From contig JBBCAV010000045.1 of NCBI GenBank assembly GCA_051382305.1, positions 1 through 37,694 of the forward strand: a DNA stretch of 37,694 nt. Direction: 5' to 3'. The notes beneath the pieces were generated by a model. It saw only the letters and a program-made list of their open reading frames with translations, was not told where the DNA came from and searched no databases. Of the stretch, positions 20,060 to 28,546 are shown one piece after another. Source of the DNA: Bdellovibrionota bacterium FG-2 (lineage in GTDB: Bacteria > Bdellovibrionota > UBA1018). The position numbers were made by a program, and so were the translations under genes. The stretch's first letter is position 1. Each line of letters opens with the position of its first letter.

Positions 20060-20842
20060 GTGGGAAATGTTTTAATTTTCAAGAGGTTCGAGAGGGGGGG
20101 GGGCGCGGACTTTTGGCTGGGGGTCTTCATTTGTTACTCCACCGCAGTTGGTTTTATCGGCGGTTGTGGAAAAACAGTAGCGGCTCCCGATCCGGCAGCA
20201 GCCGCATCGCCAAGTCCCGGCCCCTTTATTGCCTCGGATTCGTTTAACCGAGCGACCTTTGGAACGACAACTGACGCACTTGTTACAGGGGCAACCACAA
20301 GTGACGGGGCCAGCACCGCAACTTATATAACTGATGGCGGCGTCTTTGCGACTGAGACAAGTACAGTAGTCAAAGCAAGTACAATCAGTGGGACCGCAAT
20401 TACCTTCACGGGGCTTGGCGCTCCTATAGATGTGGCCTCCGCGAGAATTGACACAGGGAAGGCAGACTGTGCTGCTCAGATTAAGGTCATCTCTGACAAC
20501 GGCCTGTTTCTGATGTTCAGAGTTCAAGATGCCCAAAACTCTTGGGCGATAGCCGGAATCAGCGGATCGATTAGCCTTTGGAAAGTTGCTGCGGGAACAG
20601 GCAACCCAGTCGGAGGCACAATCGCATATGATAATCCCATTTCAATGGCCAATCGAATACTCAAGGTCATTACCTCAGGGAGCACGATTGTGATGCAGGC
20701 CTTTGAGTCCGATGGCATCACCGCCGTGGGAACCCCGGTGATTAATACAAGCCAGACCTCTTTTCAGACCGCGACAGGCTTTGGATTTGCAATAACTAAT
20801 ACAGCTTCACAGCTAAATAATTTCATCGTCAATTGCCCTTAA
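20060..20842 (+). CDS. Hypothetical lipoprotein, Thr/Gly-rich beta-sandwich (lectin-like)
   Basis: Lipobox IGGC, Pro/Ala linker, DSFNRA start of a beta-rich domain. GTG start is uncertain. Confidence 0.7.
   Translation: MGNVLIFKRFERGGGADFWLGVFICYSTAVGFIGGCGKTVAAPDPAAAASPSPGPFIASDSFNRATFGTTTDALVTGATTSDGASTATYITDGGVFATETSTVVKASTISGTAITFTGLGAPIDVASARIDTGKADCAAQIKVISDNGLFLMFRVQDAQNSWAIAGISGSISLWKVAAGTGNPVGGTIAYDNPISMANRILKVITSGSTIVMQAFESDGITAVGTPVINTSQTSFQTATGFGFAITNTASQLNNFIVNCP
20094..20103 (+). repeat. G10 homopolymer in the 5' coding region of the lipoprotein
   Basis: Ten consecutive G bases at 20094-20103. Confidence 0.9.
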
Positions 20843-20862
20843 GAGCGCTTTTTACGAGAGAT

Positions 20863-21495
20863 GAGCGGAATCGCAGGGTTATAGCGGCGCAAACCCTGCC
20901 GCTCTGAGCGAACTCAAGACTTTGCCCAGAATTGCGGCATCGATTCCGCGCGCGACTCCAAAAGTCTCTAAGAAATTGGTGGTGAAATAATTTGCGAGCG
21001 CCCGAAACTCCCGCCCCCAGGTCACAAGCCTAGAATAAAGAAGCTTATCCCAAAAGCCTTCGTCCGTTTTCGGATCACGAAAAGCCTCGCCCTTTTTGGT
21101 GCCAGTAATCTGAAAAGCGATTTCGCCAGAAAGGCGTCTAAGAAAAGCGTGAAACTCCTGTTTGGCAATCGTGTATTGTTTTGTTTCAGTTTTCACGAGT
21201 AAGTGCAGGTGATTGCCAACGTTGACTTGGCGATAGACTTTGATGTGGTAGGTTCTTGCGCAGTTTTCAAGGACACGCTTCACCCGAGCTTGGTTCTTAT
21301 CCGTGAGAAAAGACCAGACGCCCTTAGCGTGCGATGACCTCAGAACAAGATGCATTGCATGTTTATGAGAGAAAGGACGCGCTTCTTTGCGTTTTCCTTT
21401 TCGGATTTCGCCGCCGTGGTCAATGCGAAGTTTTGGGAGAAAAGAAAGCTGTTTCACAGAAACTGACCCTAGCGCGATCGAATAGGCCAGGGCAA
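20863..21495 (-). mobile_element. Putative IS200-like/RAYT-like element bounded by hairpins
   Basis: Hairpin GAGCGG..GCAGGGTT/AACCCTGC-CGCTC (20863-20904) and imperfect hairpin CCCTAGC/GCCAGGG (21467-21492) flank the transposase. The RCC1 repeat pattern breaks at about 21495. Confidence 0.5.
20879..21457 (-). CDS. Y1 HUH transposase (IS200 TnpA/RAYT-like)
   Basis: MHLVLRS, HUH motif NVGNHLHLLV, FW...YSRLV, and catalytic Tyr helix ANYFTTN. GTG start at 21457. Confidence 0.8.
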   Translation of the reverse strand: MKQLSFLPKLRIDHGGEIRKGKRKEARPFSHKHAMHLVLRSSHAKGVWSFLTDKNQARVKRVLENCARTYHIKVYRQVNVGNHLHLLVKTETKQYTIAKQEFHAFLRRLSGEIAFQITGTKKGEAFRDPKTDEGFWDKLLYSRLVTWGREFRALANYFTTNFLETFGVARGIDAAILGKVLSSLRAAGFAPL

Positions 21496-22025
21496 GTGAC
21501 GCCTTTGAGATTTGCAGGCACCTCAGTCTGACCTGCTTGATCCGCGCCCCAACAGCGCACTCCTTCATCGTTAAGTGCACAAGTATAATCAGCGCCCGAC
21601 GAGATTTGAGTTACTCCTTGAAGCCCCAGAGGCACATCCAGAGCGTCGTCTAGGTTTCGGCCCCAGCACTGAACAGTCCCATTCTTTTTGAGGGCACAGG
21701 CGTGTGCTAAGCCGACTCCCACTTGAATGACATCTTCGAGATCATCGGGTACAAAATTAAGGCCATACTGATTAGAGCCCCAGCAGCGCACTTTCCCCGC
21801 ACTAATGGCACAAGTGTTGCCATAACCTCCTGCGATTTGATCCACAGTTTGGTTACTTGCGGGTATATCCAGCTGACCCAGTTTGTTGTCGCCCCAACAA
21901 AAGAGTTCTTGCGCATTCAGGAGGCAAGCGTGGTTCATCCCCAAAACGAGTTGAGAGTTTGGCGCAGCAATTGCGGCCTGAAAACTTCCCGTCACTATTA
22001 GAATTCCCAAAAGTCTTCTGAGCAT
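21420..22025 (-). CDS. Exported RCC1/BLIP-II repeat protein, probably 3'-truncated
   Basis: Signal peptide and four ~38-aa repeats (H/T-x-C...CWG.N..GQ..VP). The pattern stops at LKGVT and the tail overlaps the transposase start. Confidence 0.75.
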   Translation of the reverse strand: MLRRLLGILIVTGSFQAAIAAPNSQLVLGMNHACLLNAQELFCWGDNKLGQLDIPASNQTVDQIAGGYGNTCAISAGKVRCWGSNQYGLNFVPDDLEDVIQVGVGLAHACALKKNGTVQCWGRNLDDALDVPLGLQGVTQISSGADYTCALNDEGVRCWGADQAGQTEVPANLKGVTCPGLFDRARVSFCETAFFSPKTSH

Positions 22026-22253
22026 GATTCTATCTCCTTAGCTCAGGAAACTAACCCACTAAGTTCTTGATGCAACAAATTTCAGCGCCGTTTTGGACCC
22101 ACCTAAAATCAAAACTGGGGACAACAGGGCACCACGGTTCACGATGCGCCCACGTCGATTTCGCGATTGAGTTTTATAACGCACCACAGTTAAGGGCGGT
22201 TTTCATGGGCTTTTTTACCATTTTCCAAAACGAATCAATGCGTGCCAACGCGT

Positions 22254-22268
22254 TGGCCCCGCACTTGC
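22254..22268 (+). promoter_or_regulatory. Sigma54 promoter of the DUF4360 gene
   Basis: TGGCCCC-GCAC-TTGC (GG-N10-GC), overlapping the palindrome GCCAACGCGTTGGC. Confidence 0.6.
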
Positions 22269-22323
22269 TCTAGTGCCGAACCGTTCGTAGTAATAAAAAG
22301 TTCTCAAACAAAAGGGAGTATTT

Positions 22324-22941
22324 ATGAAAGCACGAAACGTCTTATTGATCGCAAGTCTCACATTGACCACACTCATGGCAGCGGCACCTTCTTCGGCGCT
22401 CGCTGATGACATATGGCTTGGCAATCCTGCCTACGGTGGAACCGGTTGTCCTAACGGCACGGCCTCGGTCTCAATCAGCCCTGACGGAAAGGATCTCAGC
22501 ATTCTGTTTGACAACTATGTAACAGAAGCGGGAGCCATGACCGGAAAAACACTGGATCGCAAGACCTGTAACGTTGCGATTCCGGTACATGTCCCACAAG
22601 GAATGAGCGTTTCGGTGTTTTCTATCGACTACCGTGGATTTAATTCACTCCCCAAAGGAGCCTTCTCCACTTTTGGCGTAGAATACTTCTTCGCCGGAAT
22701 GCAAGGCCCCCGTTATCAGAAAACTTTTGTAGGCCCACAGAACCAAGACTACACCTTGAGCAACATCCTTCAGGCTCAGTCCATTGTTTGGTCAAAATGC
22801 GGAACCGACGTTATTTTGCGGACCAACACCTCCATGATGACTCGCACCAACAACAAGATGGATCAAGCGATGTCCACGGTGGATAGCGCCGATATTTCGG
22901 CCGGGTTGATCTACCATCTCGAATGGAAACCTTGCTACTAG
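22324..22941 (+). CDS. Secreted DUF4360 family protein
   Basis: Signal peptide, YGGTGCPNGT, SILFDNY, RKTCN, DYRG, WSKCG and terminal WKPC. Confidence 0.88.
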   Translation: MKARNVLLIASLTLTTLMAAAPSSALADDIWLGNPAYGGTGCPNGTASVSISPDGKDLSILFDNYVTEAGAMTGKTLDRKTCNVAIPVHVPQGMSVSVFSIDYRGFNSLPKGAFSTFGVEYFFAGMQGPRYQKTFVGPQNQDYTLSNILQAQSIVWSKCGTDVILRTNTSMMTRTNNKMDQAMSTVDSADISAGLIYHLEWKPCY

Positions 22942-22982
22942 AGTTCCAACCTAAGCTAACTTAAAAACGACAGACAATACAA

Positions 22983-23018
22983 ATCCCCCGGCTTCAGAAA
23001 TTCTGGAGACCGGGGGAT
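22983..23018. terminator. Probable bidirectional terminator hairpin
   Basis: ATCCCCCGG-CTTCAGAA...TTCTGGAGA-CCGGGGGAT between convergent genes. Confidence 0.75.
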
Positions 23019-23039
23019 CTGAATTTAGGCAACCTAAAC

Positions 23040-23468
23040 TTAAGCCGCAATCCCAAGCGCATCTTCAACTAGAGCCCTGCACTGTTTGGGATAAAAAGGC
23101 TTCTGCAAAAACCGCGGGACGACTTTTCCATTAATAAGTTTTCGAAACACATCCGGCTCCAAACCCGAAACCATCACAAAAGGCATTTTGGGAACTTCAT
23201 TCTGGCAATGCCGCCAAAGATCCAAACCGTTACTCTCTCCGAGTAGAAAATAATCAGCAATGACCAGCGAAAACGCACCCTCAGCTAGCGCGACTCGAGC
23301 CTCATCCACACTCACAGCCCAGTAGACTTTTATAGTCGCATCCATCGATTGGAGAATCCGAATCAAAATCGGTTTCATAAAAAGATCATCTTCAACGACG
23401 AGAACTGACAACCCCTTGGTTCTTCCCGCCGCCGCCAGGTAAAAAGTCCATAAACTTGTATCCAACAT
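23040..23468 (-). CDS. Single-domain response regulator (REC)
   Basis: VLVVEDD, phospho-acceptor in VIADY, VMVSG and FLQKP motifs; RBS AAGGAGG. Confidence 0.9.
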   Translation of the reverse strand: MLDTSLWTFYLAAAGRTKGLSVLVVEDDLFMKPILIRILQSMDATIKVYWAVSVDEARVALAEGAFSLVIADYFLLGESNGLDLWRHCQNEVPKMPFVMVSGLEPDVFRKLINGKVVPRFLQKPFYPKQCRALVEDALGIAA

Positions 23469-23537
23469 TGGAAAACCCTCCTTCGCACCTATGCTTCAAT
23501 GATAGGCCTTTAGTTTCTGAACAATGTAAAAAAGATG

Positions 23538-24272
23538 TCAAAGAATCTCCTTCAATTGTCGATCCACCTCAGCCGCCCAGTTTTTATTGGCTTTGGGGCT
23601 GGCGGGCGAAGGATGCAAAATCCTGTGGATCCTGACGTGACTAAGATCTTTACAGCCCTCAAGCGCTTCATGGGCCCTCGTTTCAGCAAAGGCACCGACG
23701 CCGATCAAAACTTCGGCATTCATCGCGCGAACCATTTCAACCAAAGCTTCATCGCAAACGCTGAATAAGGCCTGCTGCTCGGCTTTGGGTAAATGATCAG
23801 GAGTAAAGTTTTTGCCACTAGCTTCCATGAAGACAAGCGGGCAATAATTGGCGACAAAAAATTCGGAAAAAAATTTCTCAGGGGTGTGAAATTTATCTTT
23901 GGCCCAACCCCAGAGTCTTTTGCCACTCACCTCACTCCGAGTGCAGGCAAATCCCTCAACAGGCCGCTGCGGATGCTCTTTAGAGGGCTTGCCCACAGGG
24001 GCTTCAATCCCTAGCCAATCACGAACCATGGAGATCTCGCCAAAGGGAATTCCGGTTTGGGCCATCCCAAAAGGGCCAGGATTCATGCCAAGCAGAATCA
24101 CTCTCCGCGGGGAGCTTCCGAAGCGCGCGACATATTCGTCCCAGGGCTTGCGGGCATATTCGAGAGGATTATAAACGAATGCCACGGGAGCCTTGAAGCG
24201 AAGCGGTTTAAGCTTTCGCAGCCATTCATCCGTGGCACTCGTTAAAGCATCAGATACTTTTTTAGCGATCAC
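23538..24272 (-). CDS. SMUG1-like (family 3) uracil-DNA glycosylase
   Basis: YNPLEYA, GMNPGPFGMAQTGIPFG, SEVSG, NYCPL and HPSPASP motifs. Confidence 0.93.
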   Translation of the reverse strand: MIAKKVSDALTSATDEWLRKLKPLRFKAPVAFVYNPLEYARKPWDEYVARFGSSPRRVILLGMNPGPFGMAQTGIPFGEISMVRDWLGIEAPVGKPSKEHPQRPVEGFACTRSEVSGKRLWGWAKDKFHTPEKFFSEFFVANYCPLVFMEASGKNFTPDHLPKAEQQALFSVCDEALVEMVRAMNAEVLIGVGAFAETRAHEALEGCKDLSHVRIHRILHPSPASPKANKNWAAEVDRQLKEIL

Positions 24273-24938
24273 TTACACCAATTCAAAAAACAGATCTAGA
24301 CACGTGTGAGTAGCCTTCTTCCCGGTCAAAAAACGCGCCCGCACTTTATCGCCGATCTTGATGGGCTGGCGATTGATCAGATAACTCTTCACAATCGTTT
24401 CAACCCCCTCCAAGCGAACATCGATCTGGTAATAAGGCGTTTCAATCTCAAGGCCCGTTCCACCCCGCTCGACATACGAATAGGTATAGATGTAGCCCTT
24501 GGGATCTGTGATTTCCTTCCATTTCATCGGGGCATGACAATCCGGACAATCTGGACGAGGAGGAAGCCAAACCGTGCCCTGCCCATGAGAGATCGGACAC
24601 TCCGGGTTCGTACACATCGTCCCCATCAGTTTGCCTTCGGTCAAGCCCTTAAAATAAGGGGTCAACATCCCCAACGCATGATAGTGCATGCCTTCTTCGC
24701 CAAATCTTGGATTTTCAATAATCCAAGAATCCCCAACGACATTGATCTTGGAAGGCTTCGTGTTCAAAGAGACGATAGCTCTTGGCGCCTTTTGTTTAAC
24801 CGCCTTTTTCACGGGCTTCTTCGTCACCTTCCTCGTCACCTTCTTCGTCACCTTCCTCGTCACCTTCTGGGCGACTTTTTTCGCAGATTTTTTTACGGGT
24901 TTCTTTTTAGCTTTTTGGACTACTTTTTTCTTGGCCAT
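24273..24938 (-). CDS. DUF35 Zn-ribbon/OB-fold protein with Lys-rich histone-like N-terminal tail
   Basis: CTNPEC...PPRPDCPDC, GYIYTYS, ETPY and IKIGDKV; N-terminal KK/VT repeats; RBS AAGGAGA. Confidence 0.88.
   Translation of the reverse strand: MAKKKVVQKAKKKPVKKSAKKVAQKVTRKVTKKVTRKVTKKPVKKAVKQKAPRAIVSLNTKPSKINVVGDSWIIENPRFGEEGMHYHALGMLTPYFKGLTEGKLMGTMCTNPECPISHGQGTVWLPPRPDCPDCHAPMKWKEITDPKGYIYTYSYVERGGTGLEIETPYYQIDVRLEGVETIVKSYLINRQPIKIGDKVRARFLTGKKATHTCLDLFFELV
24817..24867 (-). repeat. 12-bp tandem repeat x4 (perfect 24-bp x2) encoding KVTRKVTKKVTRKVTKK
   Basis: TTC(T/C)TCGTCACC at 24817, 24829, 24841 and 24853. Confidence 0.9.
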
Positions 24939-24948
24939 AAGTTTCTCC

Positions 24949-26349
24949 TTACCAAGCCTTTTCAAGAATTGAACACGTGACATGAGAGCCCACACCGGCG
25001 TGTGAAATCGCAAGCCCACGGCGAGGATCCCTCACCTGCAAGCTCTGCCAGTCTGCGGGCTTCTTCTTGCCATAGCGCGACCACATCTTAGGATCGCCAT
25101 GGAACTTGTCGTATTTACCTTGAAGTTGCCAGAACACTTCATTGCACTGGAAAATTCCGGTTGCGCCGACAGAGTGCATGGTTCCCAACAATCCCCCAGA
25201 GAGGTTGGCAGGACACTTGCCTTGCTTACCCGTCACTGGGTTCTCAAGATAGCACTCTCCCGAAGTCACGTAGTTTTGTTCTTCACCATAATAAGTCAAA
25301 CCTACATCGCCGTAGGTCTGAAGATCAGAAATCGTGAACGCATCATGAGTCTCAACAAGATCGAGATCTTCGATTGGATTTTTGATACCTGCCATCCCAT
25401 AAGCGAGGTAAGCTGCAAAACGAGCCGCCGCAAAGCTTTCGAAGCCCGGCCAACGACCATCCATCTTTTCCATATCCTTATAGAGTTGCTTATAAGTATC
25501 TTCGGTTTCATTCGGAAGAAGCGGAATCTTCATCGGACGACGATCGCCGCAACGAAGCGTGTGCGAACCGCCGGCGCCGTAAAGCCTGACGGGCTTATCA
25601 GAAAGCTTATACGCCATTTCTTCGGAACAAATGAGAGCAGCTGAAGCCCCCACACTCATCGCGCAGCACTCCAAAAAGCGCAGCGGATCAGAAACAATCG
25701 CGCCCGCTAGGACTTCTTCAACCGTATGCTTGCCCGGCTGTTGCGCGAACGGAGAGTGATATGCATAGCCACGGTTCTTGACCGCAATCGCCGCGCGAAC
25801 TCTTTCATCCACACCATAGGCGTGTTGAAAACGACGCGCCATCGGAGCGTAATAACTCGTATAGATTCGACCCAAACGAGTTTCGAAATCCTTACAGGCC
25901 GCCGTGGCGATGTAATAATTTCCGGTCCAAGTCTTCACTTCGTCCATTCGCTCCCAGCCTAAAACCAACGTACAATCGGCCAAGCCGCTTGCAACAGTTG
26001 ACATCCCCGTGAGCATGGCAGAACCACCGGTTGCACCCCCGGTTTTGATTCCGAGGTTATAGAGGGGATCTAGGCCCAAATAGTCATGAACTTTGGATTC
26101 ACACAAAAGCTGATCTTGAAAATGATCGGCAAACTCGCCGTAGCATGCAAAATTAATCAGCCCTTTGACGGCCAGCGGATCCATCTTGAGATCGTTTTCT
26201 TCAAGCATCATCTTGAAGGCCATCATTGCGAGTTCTTCAGTCTTCTTTTCAGGATATTTTTTTCGAAAATCCGTCGTACCAGCGGCCACCATATATACGG
26301 GACGCGTCCATTTAGGAATTCTTAGGTTTCCAGGCGCAAACTCGATCAT
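24949..26349 (-). CDS. SCP2-type/archaeal-like thiolase-superfamily protein
   Basis: GWERM, AIAVKNR, PLRFLECC, VETHDAFT and NLSGGLLGTMHSVGATG; adjacent to a DUF35 gene. Confidence 0.88.
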   Translation of the reverse strand: MIEFAPGNLRIPKWTRPVYMVAAGTTDFRKKYPEKKTEELAMMAFKMMLEENDLKMDPLAVKGLINFACYGEFADHFQDQLLCESKVHDYLGLDPLYNLGIKTGGATGGSAMLTGMSTVASGLADCTLVLGWERMDEVKTWTGNYYIATAACKDFETRLGRIYTSYYAPMARRFQHAYGVDERVRAAIAVKNRGYAYHSPFAQQPGKHTVEEVLAGAIVSDPLRFLECCAMSVGASAALICSEEMAYKLSDKPVRLYGAGGSHTLRCGDRRPMKIPLLPNETEDTYKQLYKDMEKMDGRWPGFESFAAARFAAYLAYGMAGIKNPIEDLDLVETHDAFTISDLQTYGDVGLTYYGEEQNYVTSGECYLENPVTGKQGKCPANLSGGLLGTMHSVGATGIFQCNEVFWQLQGKYDKFHGDPKMWSRYGKKKPADWQSLQVRDPRRGLAISHAGVGSHVTCSILEKAW

Positions 26350-26467
26350 GCAGTCCTCCAATTTTTACCACTTTATTATGTTGCTGTTCGTATAACCTCG
26401 TATAACGACGAATGAATACAAATTCTACAAAAAATACCGTGCCGCACCCCGTCTAAGCAATAAACCC

Positions 26468-26482
26468 TGGCCTCGTCATTGC
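26468..26482 (+). promoter_or_regulatory. Sigma54 promoter of the DUF2231 gene
   Basis: TGGCCTC-GTCA-TTGC, 40 bp upstream of ATG 26523. Confidence 0.65.
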
Positions 26483-26522
26483 TACGCTTTTGAATCTATA
26501 AGAACTTAAAAGGAGCCCCCCC

Positions 26523-27032
26523 ATGTATAAGGAAACACTTCAAGGCCGTTTCATGAACCACCCGCTTCACCCGCTGTTCGTTCATCTCCCGGTAGGCGCA
26601 TGGCTTGCGAGCCTCATTTGTGATGCCTTCTCGGTGCTCACCGACAATTCACTGCTTGCTTCGACTTCGTATTACTGCATCCTTATTGGCTGCGTAGGCG
26701 CGCTCATCGCAGTCATCCCAGGACTTGCGGATTTCGTCGAACTCCCCAAAGATTCGGTGACCCGGCGAATCGCAACAGCCCACATGCTTTTGAATGTTTC
26801 AGTGACCATCCTCTTTTTCGTTAACTTCTTTGTTCGACGAAGTGGCGCAGGAGGCCCCCCCCTCTTCGTCACCATAGGAGATCTCGCGATGACGATCATT
26901 TGCTGTGCACTTCTTGGTGCGTCGGGCTACTTAGGTGGACTCCTGGTCTATGACTATGGGGTGGGTCAAAAGCCGCAGAAGAGATCTGAAGAAGCATCAA
27001 AAGACAAACCAAGTCTTAAGAGCGTGGCCTAA
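26523..27032 (+). CDS. DUF2231 family membrane protein
   Basis: HPLHPLFVHLPVG, HMLLN and GYLGGLLVY motifs; four TM segments; RBS AAGGAG. Confidence 0.88.
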   Translation: MYKETLQGRFMNHPLHPLFVHLPVGAWLASLICDAFSVLTDNSLLASTSYYCILIGCVGALIAVIPGLADFVELPKDSVTRRIATAHMLLNVSVTILFFVNFFVRRSGAGGPPLFVTIGDLAMTIICCALLGASGYLGGLLVYDYGVGQKPQKRSEEASKDKPSLKSVA

Positions 27033-27043
27033 ACACCCACGAT

Positions 27044-28408
27044 TCAAAGGAGCGGGCTAAAAAGATGGGCCGTTGCTTCCATCACCCGCTCCCAAACGTG
27101 GCGACGTTCAAGTGCGTGCAACGTCAGTTCTCGGCTCAAAGCAAGGTCAGCCAAAAAGGTCTTCGCCAGCGCCGCATTGAGTTCACAGTTTTCGATCAGG
27201 ACACTCACTTCAAAGTTCACCCTAAAGCTTCGGAAATCTAAATTTGCGCTCCCCAAAATGGAAAGCTGATCATCCAACACTACCGCTTTGGCATGAAGAA
27301 CGGCCGGTTCATATTCATAGATGCGAACGCCTGCCTCCAAAAGCTCGGGAAAATAGCAGCGCGAGGCCAATCTCGCGACAGGCACATCCGAATCAAGCGG
27401 TAACAACAATCTCACATCGACACCTCTGCGAACTGCCGTTTCAAGCGCAACAATCACGGCCTCATCCGGAATAAAGTAAGGCGTCGTCAACCAAACGCGC
27501 GCGCGCGCTTCGTTAATGGCCGTAAAAAGCGCATTGCGGGTCGAGTTGCGCCAAAGGTCCGGGCCATCGGCAATAAGACGACAGTGGATGTGCGACCCAC
27601 CCTTCGCCGCGAGATTCTCCGACAAATCCAACCTCGATCTTCCGAAGTAACGATCATTGAAAAGATCCTCACCCGTTGAAAACAACCAATCCGCGGCAAA
27701 GGTGGATTGAAGCTGATCCACGAGATCCCCTTGAACCTTTAGCCCCACATCGTGCCACTGATAACGATATTCATCTCCAATGTTGAAACTCCCCAGAAAG
27801 GCGGTTTTGCCATCAACCAAAACAATTTTTCGATGGTTTCTCGAGTTGAACATGCTAAAGAAAAGCGGAAACCGTTGAGGACTAAACCACCCGCTAAGGC
27901 CACCCGCTCGCTTTAGTTTCGATAAGAACCCTCCCCGAAGCGCGGGGCTCCCCAAGCGATCACACAAAAGCCTGACTTCTACGCCCTGCTGGGCTTTTTC
28001 AATAAGCAGGTCTCGAAACGCCCGCCCTGTTTTATCCCCCCTCCAAATATAGAACAGGAGATGAATCGAATGCCGAGCGTTTTTAATTGCAGTTTCTAGG
28101 GCACGATGAATTTGTTCGCCATCGATGAGGAGCTCAACTCGCGAGGATTCAGCATCGGCGCCATTCTTAAGTTTCGCCAGCTGAGCTTCGGCATAATGCA
28201 AGATTTGGAGTCGTCTTTTTCGCACTCCACCCAGCGGGTTTCGCCCCCAAAGCCACCAGGCCATCACTCCGCCAATAGGGATAAATACCATCGCAAGCAG
28301 CCAACCAATTGCCGAAAGAGGGCGTCCTCTTTTTTCAAGCAGTACAGAGGGGGCAGCAAAAACAACAAGCAGATAAGAAATAAGATTAAAGCCACTCCAG
28401 AGGTCCAT
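27044..28408 (-). CDS. cls: Cardiolipin synthase (PLD family)
   Basis: Two N-terminal TMs and two HKD motifs (NHRKIVLVD, LHAKAVVLDD), plus TPYFIP and GSANLDFRS. Confidence 0.92.
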   Translation of the reverse strand: MDLWSGFNLISYLLVVFAAPSVLLEKRGRPLSAIGWLLAMVFIPIGGVMAWWLWGRNPLGGVRKRRLQILHYAEAQLAKLKNGADAESSRVELLIDGEQIHRALETAIKNARHSIHLLFYIWRGDKTGRAFRDLLIEKAQQGVEVRLLCDRLGSPALRGGFLSKLKRAGGLSGWFSPQRFPLFFSMFNSRNHRKIVLVDGKTAFLGSFNIGDEYRYQWHDVGLKVQGDLVDQLQSTFAADWLFSTGEDLFNDRYFGRSRLDLSENLAAKGGSHIHCRLIADGPDLWRNSTRNALFTAINEARARVWLTTPYFIPDEAVIVALETAVRRGVDVRLLLPLDSDVPVARLASRCYFPELLEAGVRIYEYEPAVLHAKAVVLDDQLSILGSANLDFRSFRVNFEVSVLIENCELNAALAKTFLADLALSRELTLHALERRHVWERVMEATAHLFSPLL

Positions 28409-28546
28409 TCCCCCTTAACCCTGCATGGAGTAAACCGACGAACGGTCTACCACATCAAGTCGCGAGCAGCATCTAACACGAGCGGTTGGGACGCCCCGTT
28501 TGCGGAAATCAAAGGGAACCGCGTCGCACTCACGACAGCAAGCCGC

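Noticed and set aside
21458-21580. Upstream extension of the transposase ORF
   Set aside because: It lies within RCC1 coding sequence in another frame. Transposase-like sequence begins at GTG 21457.
24817-24867. Tandem repeats as a possible CRISPR array
   Set aside because: The 12-bp units have no spacers and are in-frame coding. No cas genes or repeat-spacer pattern were seen in the window.
24306-24980. 224-aa plus-strand ORF with RHLP/RHLL repeats
   Set aside because: It is the antisense shadow of the DUF35 gene and its tandem repeat.
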